Translations under genes and position numbers: made by a program
Source of the DNA: an uncultured Methanosarcinales archaeon
GTDB lineage: Archaea; Nanobdellota; Nanobdellia; Woesearchaeales; DSVV01
Length of the DNA stretch: 64,000 nt
Direction: 5' to 3'
NCBI GenBank assembly: GCA_964593285.1
Contig: CAZQHZ010000001.1
Span: forward strand, 2,124-66,123
Shown: positions 11,508-20,772 of the stretch, in pieces
Position numbering within the stretch: the stretch's first letter is position 1
How the letters are laid out: every line of letters begins with the position of its first letter
Notes under the pieces: generated by a model
The model's input: the letters and a program-made list of their open reading frames with translations, nothing else
What the model was told of the DNA's origin: nothing
Database searches by the model: none

Positions 11508-12386
11508 ATGAAAGAAAATTTATCAAATAAAAAATTTCTAATTTTAATTGAAAAAAAAGTTAGAAATACAATTAGAAAATATAAATTATTTTCAAAAAAA
11601 GAAAAAATTGTTGTTGCAGTTTCTGGTGGTAAGGATTCAACTACTTGTTTGTATATTTTAAAACAACTTGGTTTTAATATTGAAGCAATTACTATTGATG
11701 TTTCTATTGGTAAATATACAAAAACTAATTTAGAAAATATAAAAATATTTTGTGAAAATTTAAATGTTCCATTGCATATATATTCTTTAAAAAATGAATT
11801 TAAAATTTCATTAAAAACTATAAAATCAATTTTAAAAAAACAAGACATAAATTATTCTTATTGTATGATTTGTGGAATTTTAAAAAGGTATTTATTAAAC
11901 AAGTATACAAGAGAATTAAATTTTGACTGTGTAGTTACAGGACATAATCTAGATGATGAATCTCAAGCATTTATTATGAATGTTTTTAGAAATGATTTTA
12001 AATTAGCCCTAAGACAAGGACCAATTCCAGGAATTGTTGATTGTAATAAATTTATAAAAAAAGTAAAACCACTTTTTTTTATAACTGAAGAAGACATAAG
12101 AAAATATAGTAAAATAAAAAATTTTTCAATTAATTATGATAAATGTCCATATTCAAAAGATTCTTTTAGAAATGATTTTAAAGAAATGCTAAATAAATTT
12201 GAACTAAAATATCCTTCAATTAAATATAATATTGTTCATTTTCAGCAATCAATAAAAGAAAAAATAATAAATAATAAATCTAAAAGTGATTCTACCGCAA
12301 ATATTTCTTTATGTAAACTTTGCAGTGAACCTTCTTCAAAACAGATATGTAAAGCTTGCTCAATTATAACAAAAATAGTAAAATGA
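11508..12386 (+). CDS. PP-loop ATP pyrophosphatase of the TtcA/NcsA/TtuA tRNA-thiolation family
   Basis: PP-loop SGGKDS in VVAVSGGKDSTTCLYIL; CxxC pairs (YCMICG, C-terminal CKLCSEPSSKQICKAC) typical of Fe-S/Zn tRNA sulfurtransferases. Confidence 0.7.
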   Translation: MKENLSNKKFLILIEKKVRNTIRKYKLFSKKEKIVVAVSGGKDSTTCLYILKQLGFNIEAITIDVSIGKYTKTNLENIKIFCENLNVPLHIYSLKNEFKISLKTIKSILKKQDINYSYCMICGILKRYLLNKYTRELNFDCVVTGHNLDDESQAFIMNVFRNDFKLALRQGPIPGIVDCNKFIKKVKPLFFITEEDIRKYSKIKNFSINYDKCPYSKDSFRNDFKEMLNKFELKYPSIKYNIVHFQQSIKEKIINNKSKSDSTANISLCKLCSEPSSKQICKACSIITKIVK

Positions 12387-12446
12387 ATATAAAGTTTTAT
12401 GTTTAATTTTAATAACTTTTTTAAATAATTACTAATAACACAAATT

Positions 12447-12770
12447 ATGAATAAAATTAAAGAAGAAATTTCTGCAAAAGATGCTTATGATTTAATCAAT
12501 TCAGAGGATATAATTTTAATTGATGTTCGAACAAAAAACGAACATAATTTAGAAAAGATAAAAAATTCAATTAATATAGATCTTTTTTCTAAAGATTTTC
12601 AAAAAGATATTTTAAAATTAAATAAAAATCACAAATATATTGTCTATTGTAGAAGTGGTCAGAGAAGTAGATCTGCAATGGAGATTATGAATAAATTAAA
12701 TTTTAATGAAGTTTATAATTTAGATGGTGGAATTATTTTATGGAAAAATAACAATTTACCAGTTGAGTAA
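12447..12770 (+). CDS. Single-domain rhodanese (sulfurtransferase)
   Basis: 107 aa; IDVRTKNEH...YIVYCRSGQRSRSA...LDGGIILW with the catalytic Cys in CRSGQRS. Confidence 0.8.
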   Translation: MNKIKEEISAKDAYDLINSEDIILIDVRTKNEHNLEKIKNSINIDLFSKDFQKDILKLNKNHKYIVYCRSGQRSRSAMEIMNKLNFNEVYNLDGGIILWKNNNLPVE

Positions 12771-12815
12771 TATGTATATATTAATAAATTAATTTGTTTA
12801 TTTAAAGATTTAAAA

Positions 12816-13280
12816 ATGAAAAGTATACAAATAATATTTATTTTTTCAATATTTTTTTTATTTGGTGTATTTTTAATTATTTTTAATCCAAAAACTACTG
12901 GATTTAGTATTTTAAATTTTAATGATGAAAAAACAGCAGATGATAATTTTTATTTAAATTATAATTTTAATAAAAATATAAATGTTAAAGATGCTTTTAA
13001 TCTGTTAAATAATAATGATTTTTTATTTATTGATGTTAGAACAAAAGATGAATATGTAAATGAAAAAATTAATAATTCTATAAATATAGATTTTAATTCT
13101 AAACATTTTATTGAAGAAATTTCAAAATTAAACAAAGATAAAAAATATATTGTTTATTGCAAAAGTAGTAAAAGATCTAAATCTACAATGAATATTATGA
13201 ATGAACTTGGTTTTAATAATGTTTATAATTTAGAAGGTGGACTAATTTTGTGGAAAAAGAATAATTTACCACTTATTTAA
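12816..13280 (+). CDS. Rhodanese-domain protein with N-terminal membrane anchor/signal (paralog of the upstream gene)
   Basis: 154 aa; N-terminal hydrophobic helix then IDVRTKDEY...YIVYCKSSKRSKST...LEGGLILW; clear paralog of 12447..12770 (active-site loop CKSSKRS). Confidence 0.75.
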   Translation: MKSIQIIFIFSIFFLFGVFLIIFNPKTTGFSILNFNDEKTADDNFYLNYNFNKNINVKDAFNLLNNNDFLFIDVRTKDEYVNEKINNSINIDFNSKHFIEEISKLNKDKKYIVYCKSSKRSKSTMNIMNELGFNNVYNLEGGLILWKKNNLPLI

Positions 13281-13287
13281 ATTTAAT

Positions 13288-14052
13288 TTATAAATTTGTT
13301 GGATGATTAATAAAAATTGTATTTATTTTAAATTTTTTTTCAATAATTTTTGCAAGTGCTCTAACTCCAAGCGTTTCTGTTGCATTATGTCCAGAAAATA
13401 TAACATTTATGTTTGAATCTTTTGCTTCATGATAAATTTCAGATTCTTCTCCAGTTAAAAATAAATCAACATTATAATTAATTGCTTCAATTAATTGATT
13501 AATACTTCCACCACCAGAGCATACGGCAATTGTTTTTATTTTTTCTTTTCCAAAATTTAAAATTTTACATTTTTTATCTAATTTTTTATCTAATATTTTT
13601 GATATTTCAGTTATTGTTTTTGAATTTTTTAATTTACCAATCCATGAAATACTTTGATTTTTATAATTTGCAAATTCATCAATTATTTTAGCATCTAATA
13701 ATTTTAATAATTGTGCATTATTTCCAACAACTTTATGTTTGTCTAATGGTAGATGTGATGCATATAATGATAAATTATTTTTAAATAAAATTTCTAATCG
13801 TTTTTTTTTTGTGTTAATTATTTTTTGATCATTTCCTTGCCAGAATAAACCATGGTGAACAATAAGCATATCTGCATTTTCTTTTATTGCTTTATTAAAT
13901 ATTTCAATTCCAGAATCTACAGCAAATGCTATTTTTTTAATTGTTTTTTTGCCTTCAAATTGTAAACCATTATAAGAACTATCAATAAATTTATCATTTT
14001 CTAGATAAGTGTTTAAAAAATTAACAATATCATTTAACTTTATTTCATTCAT
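13288..14052 (-). CDS. Nif3/YbgI-family dinuclear metal-centre protein
   Basis: 254 aa; ...FEGKKTIKKIAFAVDSGIEIFNKAIKENADMLIVHHGLFW... and a C-terminal ...TGEESEIYHEAKD...FSGHNATE, both Nif3-family hallmarks. Confidence 0.8.
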   Translation of the reverse strand: MNEIKLNDIVNFLNTYLENDKFIDSSYNGLQFEGKKTIKKIAFAVDSGIEIFNKAIKENADMLIVHHGLFWQGNDQKIINTKKKRLEILFKNNLSLYASHLPLDKHKVVGNNAQLLKLLDAKIIDEFANYKNQSISWIGKLKNSKTITEISKILDKKLDKKCKILNFGKEKIKTIAVCSGGGSINQLIEAINYNVDLFLTGEESEIYHEAKDSNINVIFSGHNATETLGVRALAKIIEKKFKINTIFINHPTNL

Positions 14053-14131
14053 TTAGAAATGTTATTATTTGTCATTTATAATTATTTTGGTTTTAAATAA
14101 CTTAATAAATAAGTTTTAAATACAAAAACTT

Positions 14132-14581
14132 ATGAAAATAATCTTAGTTACAATTGGTAAATTTAAAAACGATTATGTAAAAGATGGATTTAATGAATAT
14201 TTAAAGCGAATAAAAAAGTTTTGTAATTTTAATTTAATTGAATTAAAAGAAGAAAAAATTGAAAATGTTAATAAATCAAAAACAATTCATTCAGAAAAAA
14301 TATTAGATTTAGTTAATGGAAAATTTTTTGTATTACTTGATTTGACAGGAAAAGAATACAATTCAAAAGACTTTAGTGATTTTATTTATAAGAATAAAGA
14401 AGAAGAAATTTATTTTGTGATCGGAAATTTTCATGGTTTTTCAGATGAGTTAATTAATAAAGCAAAATATAAAATATCTTTTTCAAAATTAACTTTCCCA
14501 CATCAATTAATTAAATTATTTTTTATTGAGCAACTATATCGTGCATTTACAATAAAAAAAAATATTCCTTATCATAAATAA
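14132..14581 (+). CDS. rlmH: RlmH-like SPOUT rRNA methyltransferase (23S m3Psi1915 methyltransferase family)
   Basis: 149 aa; MKIILVTIGKFKNDYVKDGFNEYLKRI... and C-terminal ...FSKLTFPHQLIKLFFIEQLYRAFTIKKNIPYHK co-linear with E. coli RlmH. Confidence 0.75.
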   Translation: MKIILVTIGKFKNDYVKDGFNEYLKRIKKFCNFNLIELKEEKIENVNKSKTIHSEKILDLVNGKFFVLLDLTGKEYNSKDFSDFIYKNKEEEIYFVIGNFHGFSDELINKAKYKISFSKLTFPHQLIKLFFIEQLYRAFTIKKNIPYHK

Positions 14582-14587
14582 AAATCC

Positions 14588-14600
14588 AAAATATTTATAA
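14588..14600 (+). promoter_or_regulatory. Archaeal TATA-box-like element upstream of tRNA-Gly
   Basis: AAAATATTTATAA sits about 27-39 bp upstream of the tRNA 5' end at 14627, the expected position of an archaeal TATA/BRE. Confidence 0.4.
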
Positions 14601-14626
14601 ATAGTTTAAAAAACCAATAAAATTAA

Positions 14627-14744
14627 GCGTCGGTAGTCTAACGGCTAGGATAGAGGCCTTCCACACGCTAGAATTAAAGATTCGCTGGTTATTTGCCAGG
14701 CGCGAAGAGAGCCTTTGATCCGGGTTCGAATCCCGGCCGACGCA
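14627..14744 (+). tRNA. tRNA-Gly(UCC) with a ~45-nt intron at the canonical 37/38 position
   Basis: Acceptor GCGTCGG/CCGACGC plus discriminator A; D arm GTCT-AACGGCTA-GGAT; anticodon stem GAGGC/GCCTT; loop CTTCCA|intron|A; T arm CCGGG-TTCGAAT-CCCGG. Exons closely resemble archaeal tRNA-Gly(UCC). 118 nt total, no encoded CCA. Confidence 0.8.
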
Positions 14745-14760
14745 TTTTTTCTTTGTTTTA
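14745..14760 (+). terminator. Oligo-T tract immediately after the tRNA (archaeal-type terminator)
   Basis: TTTTTTCTTTGTTTT directly follows the discriminator base. Confidence 0.4.
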
Positions 14761-14835
14761 TAATTTTTTAAAAATTATATCCTTTAGATTTCAAAATCAA
14801 TAAATATAAAAACAATTTAAAAATTCTTTAATTAA

Positions 14836-17061
14836 ATGGCTTATGAATTAATAATTACTGAAAAACCTCAAGCATCATTAAAAATTGCATCTTTTTTAGC
14901 TAATGGAAAGCCAATTAAGAAAAATATTAATGGTGTTCCATATTATGAAATTACTCATTCTAATAAAGATATCGTCGTTGCATCAGCAGTTGGTCATTTA
15001 TATACTGTTGCTGAAATTAAAAAAGGGTGGAATTATCCTTCATTTGATGTAAAATGGGTTGCATCAAGTAAAGTAAATAAAGCTTCTGCTTTTACTTCAA
15101 AGTATGTTACAGCACTTAAAAAATTAGCAAAAGATGCAAATGAAATTACTGTTGCAACAGATTTTGATATTGAAGGTGAAGTTATTGGTTATAATGTTGT
15201 AAAACATATTTGTAAAAAAGATAATGCAAATAGAATGAAATTTTCAACTTTAACAAAAGATGAAATAATTAATGCTTATAAAAATAAAATGAATCAATTA
15301 GTATGGGGTCAGGTAAATGCAGGTTTAACTCGTCATGAACTTGATTGGTATTATGGTATTAATTTATCTAGGGCATTAACTTCGGCTGTTAAAAAAGCCG
15401 GTTCTTTTAAAATTTTATCTTCTGGAAGGGTTCAAGGTCCTGCATTAAAAATGCTTTGTGATAAAGAAAAGGAAATTTCAGATTTTAAGCCTGTCCCTTA
15501 TTTTGAAATAGAACTTATTGGAAATTTAAAAGAAAATGAAATTATTGCATTTCATGAATTAGATAAAATTTTTGATGAAAAAAAAGCATTTGAAATTATT
15601 GAAAAAACAAAAAATAATGATGGATTTGTAAGTGATGTTAATAAATCTTCATTTAAACAGCAACCACCATTTCCTTTTGATTTAACAACCCTTCAAACAG
15701 AAGCTTATAGAACATTAAAAATTCCACCAAAAAATACTTTAGAAATCGCTCAAGAATTATATATTGCAGGAGTTATTTCATATCCTAGAACTTCATCTCA
15801 GCAATTACCAAAAGAAATTGGCTTTTCTAAAATTTTATCTTTACTTTCAAACAATCCAAATTATAAAGAATTAGCTAAAAAATTATTATCTAAAAAAACA
15901 TTAAATCCAAATAATGGTAAAAAAACAGATCCAGCACATCCTGCAATTTATCCAACAGGTAATGTTGATGATTTAGATGGAAGGAAAGCAAAATTATATG
16001 ATTTAATTGTAAGACGATTTTTAGCTACATTTGCAGAACCTGCAATCAGAGAAACTGTAAAAATAAGTATAGATGTAAATTCTGAAAAATTTATTTCAAA
16101 AGGAACAAGAACAACATTTAAAGGGTGGCATGAATTTTATGCACATTTTGTAAAAATGGAAGAGCAAACAATGCCAAGCTGCAGTGTTAAAGATTTTATT
16201 AAAGTAAAAAAGATAAAAAAGCACGATAAAGAAACGCAGCCTCCAAAAAGATATACTCCAGCATCAATTATTAAAGAACTTGAAAAAAGAAACCTTGGAA
16301 CAAAATCAACTAGGGCAACAATTATTGATAATTTATTTTCAAGAGGCTATGTTAATGATAAATCAATTACTGTAACAGATTTGGGTTTTAAAACTTGCAA
16401 TACTTTAGAAAAATATTCTCCAACAATTTTAGATGAACAATTAACTCGTGAATTTGAAGAAGAAATGGAAAATATACGTAATAAGGAAACAAAAAAAGAA
16501 AAAGTTTTAGAAAAAGCAAAAAAAATTTTAACAGAAACTTTGACTGATTTTAAGAAAAAAGAAAAAGAAATAGGTAATGATTTAAAACAAGCAAATATTG
16601 AATCAATAAATGCACAGGCAACTATTGGTGATTGTCCTAATTGTGAAGATGGCAAAATTATGATTAAAAAAAGTAAATTTGGAAGGTTTTTGGCATGTAA
16701 TAAATATCCTGATTGTAAAACAACATTTAACATTCCAAATAAAGGAAATTTAAAATCAACAGATAAAGTTTGTGAAAAATGCAACTATAGTTTAATTTCT
16801 ATACAGCAACCAAGAAAAGCCCCTCAACAATTTTGCATTAATCCAAATTGTTCCTCTAAAACAAATGGTGAAAATGGAGAAGATATTAAATCTAATTATC
16901 CTGAAGAAAATATGACATGTCCTGTTTGTAATAAAGGAAAAATGGTTTTAAGAAAAGGATTTTATGGTGAGTTTTTAGGTTGCAATAATTATCCAAAATG
17001 TAAAACCATGATGAAAATTGTTAATGGAAAAGTTGATACAAACCCAATTACAAAAAAATAA
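14836..17061 (+). CDS. topA: DNA topoisomerase I (type IA) with C-terminal zinc-ribbon repeats
   Basis: 741 aa; Toprim N-terminus (LIITEKP...), catalytic region ...GVISYPRTSSQQLP... (active-site Tyr), and three C-terminal CxxC...CxxC zinc ribbons. Confidence 0.9.
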   Translation: MAYELIITEKPQASLKIASFLANGKPIKKNINGVPYYEITHSNKDIVVASAVGHLYTVAEIKKGWNYPSFDVKWVASSKVNKASAFTSKYVTALKKLAKDANEITVATDFDIEGEVIGYNVVKHICKKDNANRMKFSTLTKDEIINAYKNKMNQLVWGQVNAGLTRHELDWYYGINLSRALTSAVKKAGSFKILSSGRVQGPALKMLCDKEKEISDFKPVPYFEIELIGNLKENEIIAFHELDKIFDEKKAFEIIEKTKNNDGFVSDVNKSSFKQQPPFPFDLTTLQTEAYRTLKIPPKNTLEIAQELYIAGVISYPRTSSQQLPKEIGFSKILSLLSNNPNYKELAKKLLSKKTLNPNNGKKTDPAHPAIYPTGNVDDLDGRKAKLYDLIVRRFLATFAEPAIRETVKISIDVNSEKFISKGTRTTFKGWHEFYAHFVKMEEQTMPSCSVKDFIKVKKIKKHDKETQPPKRYTPASIIKELEKRNLGTKSTRATIIDNLFSRGYVNDKSITVTDLGFKTCNTLEKYSPTILDEQLTREFEEEMENIRNKETKKEKVLEKAKKILTETLTDFKKKEKEIGNDLKQANIESINAQATIGDCPNCEDGKIMIKKSKFGRFLACNKYPDCKTTFNIPNKGNLKSTDKVCEKCNYSLISIQQPRKAPQQFCINPNCSSKTNGENGEDIKSNYPEENMTCPVCNKGKMVLRKGFYGEFLGCNNYPKCKTMMKIVNGKVDTNPITKK

Positions 17062-17063
17062 TT

Positions 17064-17774
17064 TTATCCTCTAATTATTATTTCATCAAAATTAGGCCTT
17101 ATTAATTCTTCAATTTCTTCTAATTCTTTTTTAGTGTATATTTTTTCATTCATAAAAGATAAATCTAAAACGCTTCCTTTATTACAAAATTGTTGCATCA
17201 CATACCTTTTTGCACCTTTTAATTCTTTGCTAATAGTTATTAAATCTTCTTTTGTTAATAATTTTGGAATAACTGTTGTTCTAAATTCATAATCAATATT
17301 AGAATTTTTAATTAAAGAAATTGATTTTTTTATTTTTTCAATATCAACTGTTGTAATAGTTATTTTTTCATATGAATTCATTGGTCCTTTGATATCCATT
17401 GCTATATAATCAATTAATTTTTCATCAAGCATATCCCATAAAAGTTTTGGATTACTACCATTTGTATCAAGTTTTATTTTTAGATTTAATTTTTTTATTT
17501 CACGAAAAAAATCAATTAATTCAGGGTATAGTGTTGGTTCACCACCTGTTATAACAACAGCATCAATCCACTTTTTTTTTGAAATTAAATAGTCAATTAT
17601 CTCTTTTTCATCAATTGTTTTAATTTCTTTATATTTTAATACTAAATTAAAATTATGGCAATATCCACATCTAAAATTACAACCTCCAATGAAAATAACA
17701 CAAGATGTGTATGGTGGGTAATCTATTAGTGAAGTCTTTTGTATGCCTTTAATTGGAAGCATTTTAAAATTCAT
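17064..17774 (-). CDS. nrdG: Anaerobic ribonucleoside-triphosphate reductase activating protein (radical SAM)
   Basis: 236 aa; radical-SAM cluster motif CNFRCGYCHN near the N-terminus; directly downstream of nrdD. Confidence 0.85.
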   Translation of the reverse strand: MNFKMLPIKGIQKTSLIDYPPYTSCVIFIGGCNFRCGYCHNFNLVLKYKEIKTIDEKEIIDYLISKKKWIDAVVITGGEPTLYPELIDFFREIKKLNLKIKLDTNGSNPKLLWDMLDEKLIDYIAMDIKGPMNSYEKITITTVDIEKIKKSISLIKNSNIDYEFRTTVIPKLLTKEDLITISKELKGAKRYVMQQFCNKGSVLDLSFMNEKIYTKKELEEIEELIRPNFDEIIIRG

Positions 17775-18039
17775 CTAAATTTTTATTTTTAACAAAATTT
17801 TGAAATTCTTCAATGTCTGTAACTGAAGCTATTTTTTCACCATTTTTTAAAAATACAATTGTTGGAACTCCACTTACTTCATACTGCTTTGCTTTTTCTA
17901 GACCTTCTTTAGTTGTTGCATCTACTTCTTCTCCTTTAGCTAAAAGTTTTGGATTTTCTTTTAGCCATTCATGAATCTCTCCACAATTTGGACACATAGG
18001 TGTCATAAAAAATAAAAATTTATCAAACATTTTTATCAC
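17764..18039 (-). CDS. Small thioredoxin/glutaredoxin-like redoxin (CPNC active site)
   Basis: 91 aa; Cys pair CPNCGE, ...GVPTIVFLKNGEKI... thioredoxin-fold pattern; overlaps the nrdG start by 11 nt, between nrdD and nrdG. Confidence 0.6.
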   Translation of the reverse strand: MIKMFDKFLFFMTPMCPNCGEIHEWLKENPKLLAKGEEVDATTKEGLEKAKQYEVSGVPTIVFLKNGEKIASVTDIEEFQNFVKNKNLDEF

Positions 18040-18112
18040 ATCTCCATTTATTTATTTTATGAATTTGATTAGAACTTTTTATATAAAAAATTATTGAAAA
18101 AAATAAAAAAAA

Positions 18113-20710
18113 TTATTTTTTACTAACATTAGCCAGTAGTTCTTTTTTAAAACAACTTTTTTCAATATTGTTTTCATCAAAAACAAGTCTTTCACTAAAT
18201 TCTTCTTTTTTCCCTTTATTCCAATTTTGAACAGGTCTATAGTAACCAACAATTCTTGAAAAAACTTCTGTTGGTTTATTACATGTTGGACAATCATGCT
18301 TTTCTCCTTTAATATAACCATGTTCATCGCAAATACTAAATGTTGGTGTTATTGAAAAATATGGAAGTCTTGTGTTATATGCAATCTTTTGAATCAATTT
18401 TTTACAAGATTCACCAGAACTTACTTTTTCACCCAAAAATGTATGAAAAATTGTACCGCCAGTATATAAATGTTGTATTTCATCTTGGTGTTCAATTGCT
18501 TCAATTAAGTTATCAGAATGGCCAACTGGAAGCTGAGTTGAATTTGTCAAATATGGTTCATCCTCTCCTGATGTTTTAATTTTTGGATACATCTTTTTAT
18601 CAAGTAAAGCAAATCTATAACTTGTTGATTCTGCAGGTGTTGCTTCTAAATTATATAAATTACTTGTTTCATTTTGAAATTCTAAACACATATCTCTCAT
18701 GAATTGTAGTGTTTCAATTGCTAAATTTTTTCCTTCACTAGTTGAAATATCTTTATCAATCAAATTCATTGCAGCTTCATTCATTCCACAAAGTCCAATG
18801 GTTGAAAAATGATTATTAAAAGTTCCAAGATATCTTTTAGTATATGGCATTAATCCTTTTTCAAGATTTAGATCTATCATTTTTCTTTTTATTTCAAGAG
18901 AATCTTTTGCAAGTAACATATATTGTTTTATTTTATCAAAAAACTCTTCTTTTGATTTTGCTTCAAATGCCAACCTATTAAGATTAATTGTTACAACACC
19001 AATTGATCCAGTACTATCTCCAGGTCCCCACATGCTTCCTGGTCTTTTCATTAAATCAAATTGGTTTAAATTAAGTCTACAGCACATTGCTCTGATAGAT
19101 TTTGGATCTAAATTTGATCCAATATAATTTTGAAAATATGGTGTTCCATACTTTGCTGTAACTTCAAACAATATTTTTGCATTTTCACTATCCCAATCAA
19201 AATTTTTTGTTAAATTATATGTTGGAATTGGAAATGAAAAAATTCTTCCAGTAGCATCTCCTTCAAGCATAACTTCTAAAAATGCTTTATTTATTATGTC
19301 CATTTCTTTTTGTAAATCGCCATATTTATAATCTACACGCTTTCCACCAATAATTGCTTTTTCATTTTTCATATCTTCAGGGACAACCCAATCAAATGTT
19401 AAATTTGAGAATGGATATTGTGAACCCCATCTTGATGGTATATTTAATGAAAATACTAATTGCTGCATACATTGTTTAACTTCTTTATAAGTCATTTTAT
19501 CTTCTCTAACAAATGGTGCAAGCAATGTATCAACACTTGAAAATGCTTGTGCTCCTGCAAATTCCATTTGTAAGCAACCTATGTAATTAACCATTTGATG
19601 AACTATTGTTCCCATATGTTTTGCACCTTTGCAATCAACTTTTCCAGGAACTCCACCAAATCCTTTCAATAATAAATTTTTCAAAGACCATCCAGCACAA
19701 TACCCGATAACACCATTAGTTAAGTCATGTATATGCATATATCCTTCTTTATGTGCTGTAGATATTGCTGGTGTGTATATATAATTGAGTATATAATTTG
19801 AAATTATTTTTCCAGATGTATATAATAATAAACCAGAAAATGAAAATTGTTCATTACTATTTTCATTAACTTTCCATGTTGCTTTATCTAAATATTCTTT
19901 AACTGTTGATTCAATTTCAATCATTGTATTTTTTGTTGCTCTAAGTTTTATTTGTTGTTGCCTATATAAAATATAACTTTTAACAGTTGTATAGTGTCCT
20001 TCTTCTGTTAAAACTTTTTCAACTAAATCTTGAACATTTTCAACTGTTGGAATATTTTTATCATCATATTTTTCATTTACCAATTGAACTACTTTTTGCC
20101 CAAGTTCTGCTGACAATTCTTTATCTTTTCCACCAACAGATTTTGCAGCTTTCCAAATAGCTTCAACTATCTTTTCTCCATCAAAATCAACAATTGAATT
20201 ATCTCTTTTTTTAACCTTATTTACTTTTAATTTTGTTTTAGGTAAAGGTTTGTCTTTTAAATTTTCAATCTCTTTTTGAAATGCTTCAATACTAGAAAAC
20301 CCTTTAAATACTGATGCAAATCTTAAATAGGAAATATGATCTAATTTTTTTAATTCATTAATAATCATCTTACCTAATTTTTTAGTTTCTATTTCATTTT
20401 CATCTAAAGTTCTAGATTTTGCTTCAATTTTTTCAACTAATTCATCAATAATTTTTTCATCAACAGATCTTTTTTCGCAGGCTTTTAAAATTCCAGATTT
20501 TAATTTTTCTCGATTAAACGGTTCTCTTTCACCATTTTTTTTAATAACATTAAGGTTAATAATCTCAATTCTTTCATATGTTGTAAATCGTTTACCGCAT
20601 TTTAAACATTCTCTTCTTCTTCTAGTGCTATCTTCATCAGAAGTGTTTCTTTTATCTATAACTTTTATTTCATTTGTATTACAATATGGGCATTTCATTT
20701 TATATATCAC
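18113..20710 (-). CDS. nrdD: Class III anaerobic ribonucleoside-triphosphate reductase fused to an N-terminal full-length NrdR-like domain (Zn ribbon + ATP cone), followed by a second ATP cone
   Basis: 865 aa, one ORF. Residues 1-150 align along their length with bacterial NrdR (CPYC...RRRRECLKCGKRFTTYER; REPFNREKLKSGILKACEKR; YLRFASVFKGFSSIEAFQKEI). Then a second ATP cone, the NrdD catalytic core, a C-terminal CPTC zinc site and the glycyl-radical motif RIVGYYRPV. Confidence 0.9.
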   Translation of the reverse strand: MIYKMKCPYCNTNEIKVIDKRNTSDEDSTRRRRECLKCGKRFTTYERIEIINLNVIKKNGEREPFNREKLKSGILKACEKRSVDEKIIDELVEKIEAKSRTLDENEIETKKLGKMIINELKKLDHISYLRFASVFKGFSSIEAFQKEIENLKDKPLPKTKLKVNKVKKRDNSIVDFDGEKIVEAIWKAAKSVGGKDKELSAELGQKVVQLVNEKYDDKNIPTVENVQDLVEKVLTEEGHYTTVKSYILYRQQQIKLRATKNTMIEIESTVKEYLDKATWKVNENSNEQFSFSGLLLYTSGKIISNYILNYIYTPAISTAHKEGYMHIHDLTNGVIGYCAGWSLKNLLLKGFGGVPGKVDCKGAKHMGTIVHQMVNYIGCLQMEFAGAQAFSSVDTLLAPFVREDKMTYKEVKQCMQQLVFSLNIPSRWGSQYPFSNLTFDWVVPEDMKNEKAIIGGKRVDYKYGDLQKEMDIINKAFLEVMLEGDATGRIFSFPIPTYNLTKNFDWDSENAKILFEVTAKYGTPYFQNYIGSNLDPKSIRAMCCRLNLNQFDLMKRPGSMWGPGDSTGSIGVVTINLNRLAFEAKSKEEFFDKIKQYMLLAKDSLEIKRKMIDLNLEKGLMPYTKRYLGTFNNHFSTIGLCGMNEAAMNLIDKDISTSEGKNLAIETLQFMRDMCLEFQNETSNLYNLEATPAESTSYRFALLDKKMYPKIKTSGEDEPYLTNSTQLPVGHSDNLIEAIEHQDEIQHLYTGGTIFHTFLGEKVSSGESCKKLIQKIAYNTRLPYFSITPTFSICDEHGYIKGEKHDCPTCNKPTEVFSRIVGYYRPVQNWNKGKKEEFSERLVFDENNIEKSCFKKELLANVSKK

Positions 20711-20740
20711 CTTTTTCCGTTTTTCATCACCAATCCATAA

Positions 20741-20756
20741 TTACAACATATGGTGT
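20741..20756. promoter_or_regulatory. NrdR-box-like palindrome (proximal), 31-46 bp upstream of the nrdD start
   Basis: TTACAACATATGGTGT matches the bacterial NrdR-box consensus acaCwAtATaTwGtgt at 12/16 positions. Confidence 0.35.
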
Positions 20757-20772
20757 TTTTGTTTTTTTTAAA

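Noticed and set aside
14627-14744. Reading the first tRNA as intron-containing tRNA-Trp(CCA)
   Set aside because: With CCA as anticodon, position 37 would be C and the anticodon stem would not close. The GAGGC/GCCTT stem with loop CUUCCA|A and the exon similarity to archaeal tRNA-Gly(UCC) fit much better.
16347-16784. 145-aa antisense ORF inside topA
   Set aside because: Antisense to the conserved topoisomerase zinc-ribbon region; hydrophobic/low-complexity translation.
18091-18579. Small ORFs 18091..18327 (-) and 18340..18579 (+) at the nrdD 3' end
   Set aside because: Both lie within the nrdD C-terminal region covering the glycyl-radical motif, in other frames; spurious.
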